64,000 nt of DNA, taken from NCBI RefSeq assembly GCF_009914755.1, contig NC_060931.1; one strand, given 5' to 3'. The notes under the pieces were generated by a model. It had not been told where the DNA came from, made no database searches, and was given only the letters and a program-made list of their open reading frames with translations. The translations under genes were made by a program, and so were the position numbers. This document shows, one piece after another, positions 60,386 to 64,000 of the stretch (positions are counted from its first letter, which is position 1; each line of letters opens with the position of its first letter). The DNA is from the human T2T-CHM13v2.0 reference genome, Homo sapiens.

Positions 60386-62633
60386 GATATTAGCCTGTTC
60401 TCATGCTGCTAATAAAGATGTACCCAAGATTGGGTAATTTATAAAGTAAAGAAGTTTAATGAACTCACAGTTCAGCATGGACGGGGAGGCCTCATAATCC
60501 TGGTGGAAGGCAAAGGAGAAGCAAAGTCACATCTTACATGGTGGCAGGCAAGAGAGCATGTGCAGAGGAATCCTCTAACACCATCGTATCTCATGCGACA
60601 TATTCACTATCATGAGAACATCATGGGAAAGACCCACCCCCATGATTCAGTTACCTCACACTGGATCCCTCCCATGACGTGGGAATTATGGGAGCTACAA
60701 TTCAAGGTGGGTGGGGACACAGCAAAACCATATCATTCTGCCCTCTGAAATCTCATGTCCCCACATTTCAAAACCAATCATGCCTTCCCAACAGTCTTGC
60801 AAAGCCTTAACATATTTCAGCATTAACTCAGAAATCCATAGTCCAAAGTCTCAACTGAGAAAGGGCAAGTCCCTTCTGCCTATGAATCTGTAAAAGTGAA
60901 AACAAGTTGGTTGCTTCCTAGATACAATGGAGGCACAGGCATAGGGTAAATACACCTGTTCCAAATGGGAGAAATTGGCCAAAAGGAAGGGGCTACATGC
61001 CGCATGTGAAGCAAATCCAAAATCCAGAGAGGCAGTCAAATCTTAAAGCTCCAAAATGATCTCCTTTGACTCCATGTCTCACATCCAGGACATGCTGATG
61101 CAAGAGATGGATTCCCATGGTCTTGGACAGCTCCACCCCTATGGCTTTGCAGGGTACAGCCTCTCTCCCAGCTGCTTTCATGGGCTGGCATTGAGTGTCT
61201 GCAGCTTTTCCAGGCACATGCTGTAAGCTGTCAGTGGTTCTAACATTCTGGGGTCTGGAGGATGGTGGCCCTCTTCTCACAGTTCCACTAGGCAGTGCCC
61301 CTGGGGACTCTGTGTGGGGGCTCCAACCCCACATTTCTCTTCTGCACTGCCCTAGCAGAGGTTTTCCATGAGGGCCCCTCCCCTGCAGCAAACTTCCACC
61401 TGGACATGCAAGGGTTTCCATAAGGCCTCTGAAATCCAGGTGGAGGTCCCCAAACCTCAGTTCTTGACTTCCGTGCATTCACAGGTTCAGTGCCACATGG
61501 AGGCTGCCAAGACTTGGGGCTTGCACCCTCTGAAGCCACAGCCGAAGTTGTACCTTAGCCTTTTTTAGCCATGGCTGGAGCAGCTGGGGCAGAGGGCACC
61601 AAGTCCCTAGGCTGCAGAGCAGAAGGGCCATGGGCCCTGTCCACAAAACCATTTTTACTTCCTAGGCCACTGTGCCTGTGATGGGAGGGGCTGCCATGAA
61701 GGTCTCCGAGATTCCCTAAAGACATTTTCCTTATTGTCTTGCTGATTAACTTTTGGCTCCTTGTTACTTATGCAAATTTGGCAGGCAACTTGTATTTCTC
61801 CTCAGAAAATGGGTTTTCCTTTTCTATTGCCGTGTCAGGCTGCAAATTTTCCAAACTTTTATGCTCTGCTTCCTCTTAATCACTTTGCCACCTTAGAAAT
61901 TTCTTCCAATGGATACCCTAAATCATCTCTCTCAAGTTCAAAGTTTCACAAATCTCTAGGGCAGGGGCAAAATGCCACCAATCTATTTGCTAAAACATAA
62001 CAAGAGTCACCTTTATGCCAGTTCCCAAGAAGTTCCTCATCTCCATCTGAGACCACCTCAACCTGGACTTCATTGTCCATATCACTATCCGCATTTTGGT
62101 CACAGCCATTCAACGAGTCTCTAGGAAGTTCCAAACTTTCTCACATTTTCCTGTCTTCTTCTGAGCTCTCCAAACTGTTCCAAGCTCTGCCTGTTACTGA
62201 ATTCCAAAGTCACTTCCACATTTTCAGGTATCATTACAGCAGCACTCCTCTCTACTGGTACCAATTTACTGTATTAGTCTGTTCTCACATTGCTAAAAAA
62301 GACATACCTGAGACTAGGTAATTTATAAAGGAAAGATGTTTAATGGACTCACAGTTCAGCATGGCTGGGGAAGTCTCACAATCATGGTGGAAGGCAAAGG
62401 AGAAGCAAAGTCATGTCTTACATGGTTGCAGGCAAGAGAACGTTTGCAGGGAAATTTCCCTTTATAAAACCATCATATCTTGTGAGACCTAGTCACTATC
62501 ATGAAAATAGCATGGGAAAGACCTATCCCCGTGAGTCAATTACCTCCCACCAGGTCCCTGTCAGGACACTTGGGAATTATGGGAGCTACAATTCAAGATG
62601 ATATTTGGGTGGGAACACAGCCAAACCATATCA
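60386..62633 (-). mobile_element. Complete THE1 (C/B-like) MaLR element: 3' LTR 60386-60735, internal 60736-62269, 5' LTR 62270-62633
   Basis: Two homologous LTRs (tattag...ccatatca on +) flank ~1.5 kb of THE1-int, which starts gtaaattggtaccagtagag on the minus strand; TSD not clear. Confidence 0.92.
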
Positions 62634-62874
62634 CCAACTGTATCTAAATTCTAATGTTAAACAAGAAAATTGTAAAATATAGGCTAATCTTTGCTTTTTA
62701 TCCATACACTAATGAGCTTTATTTATGTGGAAATAATAACAAAGTTATTTTATGCTGCTAAAACTAACTTATTTGAAGTTCATGATATTTTATCCTTTAA
62801 TGATTCTAAAATATGCTTGCAACCACAATCTGCTGTCTTTTCTGAGACAATGTTTTCTATATATAAGAAGTAGC

Positions 62875-62990
62875 AAAATGTAGTAAGAAAATGACAGAAC
62901 TGGGTCTGGAGACCTGAATTCTAGTCCTAAATACACTGCTGGTCACTTCTCCAATCTGGGGTTTCCATTTGTAAAATTATATTCCACAGA
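62875..62990 (+). mobile_element. MIR fragment
   Basis: gagacctgaattctagtcct...gtcacttctc..tctggggtttccatttgtaaaat. Confidence 0.6.
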
Positions 62991-64000
62991 TATTGAAATA
63001 TTTAAATACTAATCTGTGAATGTTTGTTTCTGAACCTCACTTTGTCACTTTAAAACAAAATTATGTAATTATTTTACAATAAAGAATATGGGAGAATTAA
63101 TTCTCCAGCTTTGTCATTTTATTCTTTCTTCTCTAAAACAGATGCTGCAAGTATTACCAAGTGTCTTCAGCCTTGGAAAGATAAAACTTCCTTTGCTTGC
63201 TGCAGTATTTATGTATACAATTGATTCATTAAACAAGGGATGCATTTTTAAGAATGGCTTGATTTTCTTTGGAAAAAACGGTTTGCACTAAAAACATTAA
63301 ATCAGGTGCAGTTTATGTGCCAATGAACCAAGGAACAGCAGACAGTAAATAAAGTTGAGAATACTGCACATTCAAACAGAAAGAAAATGAGAAGAGGAAA
63401 CTGCACCAGTATTGAACTAACATGGAGGGCATAAACTAAACAGTGACTGACACAGTTTAAAATTGCTTTCATTCTTTCTCAACACTTTTCACTCAGTGGC
63501 TTCTTTACAGCTTTCAATTAACCTGCTCCCTCTGCTTCCAATTGCTCTTTCTTACTGCCAATGATATTTAAAAGATACACTAAATTATAGATTCAGAAAT
63601 GTTTGGAAAAGACTCTGTTAATAGTTTTGCTATCCTCAGATGGCTTTAAAATTTTGAAGGGTGCAAACTGCTAAACTAAGAACAATATTGGTGTCAGGAT
63701 TCTTGGAGACCAGAACAGTCAATCCCAGGGTGACCAGCCAGCCCAGCAGATACTGAGATACTGACTGCACTCCTGCCAATGGAAGACCATCCAGGCACAA
63801 CCTCCTGAAGCCTTGGCCCTTTGCCTACAACGCACGCCTCAGAATGATGTCCGCATTTGAAAAGGATTTGTATTTACCACATCATTTATCATTATATTTG
63901 AACTTTTTAACATGTACTCTGGAAACATGTAAGTCAAACTCCCTTCATGACCACTTCCATCATGATGGTGTGAATCTCATGCCTATTATAAAGAGATCCA

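Noticed and set aside
60993-61568. 161-aa and neighbouring ORFs
   Set aside because: Lie within the THE1 internal region; fragmentary remnants, not a host gene.

Overview
AT-rich, CpG-depleted, non-coding great-ape DNA, most likely human (AluJ/S/Y, L1PA2, THE1, MER11). The locus cannot be named from sequence alone. I see no convincing host protein-coding exon, RNA gene, CpG island or CRISPR array. Every long ORF in the track derives from LINE-1, THE1 or Alu sequence. Main elements: a 5'-truncated L1PA2-like insertion splitting a MER5 (445-3097), a near full-length but dead L1PA5-like element (25302-31204), about 12 Alus, MaLR/ERVL/HERV-K LTR elements (MST/THE1, THE1D, MLT1, MLT2A, MER11, and a complete LTR-int-LTR THE1), DNA-transposon fossils (MER47B, MER20B, MER20, MER58A), and old L1M/L2/MIR fragments. 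Best leads: (i) a miniature inverted-triplication-like Alu structure at 42372-42891; (ii) a MER11 that may be a collapsed provirus rather than a solo LTR; (iii) an L1 whose two in-frame deletions remove both the EN SDH and RT FADD catalytic motifs; (iv) dense blood-lineage TF-motif clusters in unique DNA at 4.3-4.8 kb and 14.9-15.15 kb; (v) a candidate 12-nt microexon and an unexplained ~47-bp dispersed repeat. I do not find evidence for a novel gene system. Repeat subfamily calls are from remembered consensus sequences, not from a RepeatMasker run.
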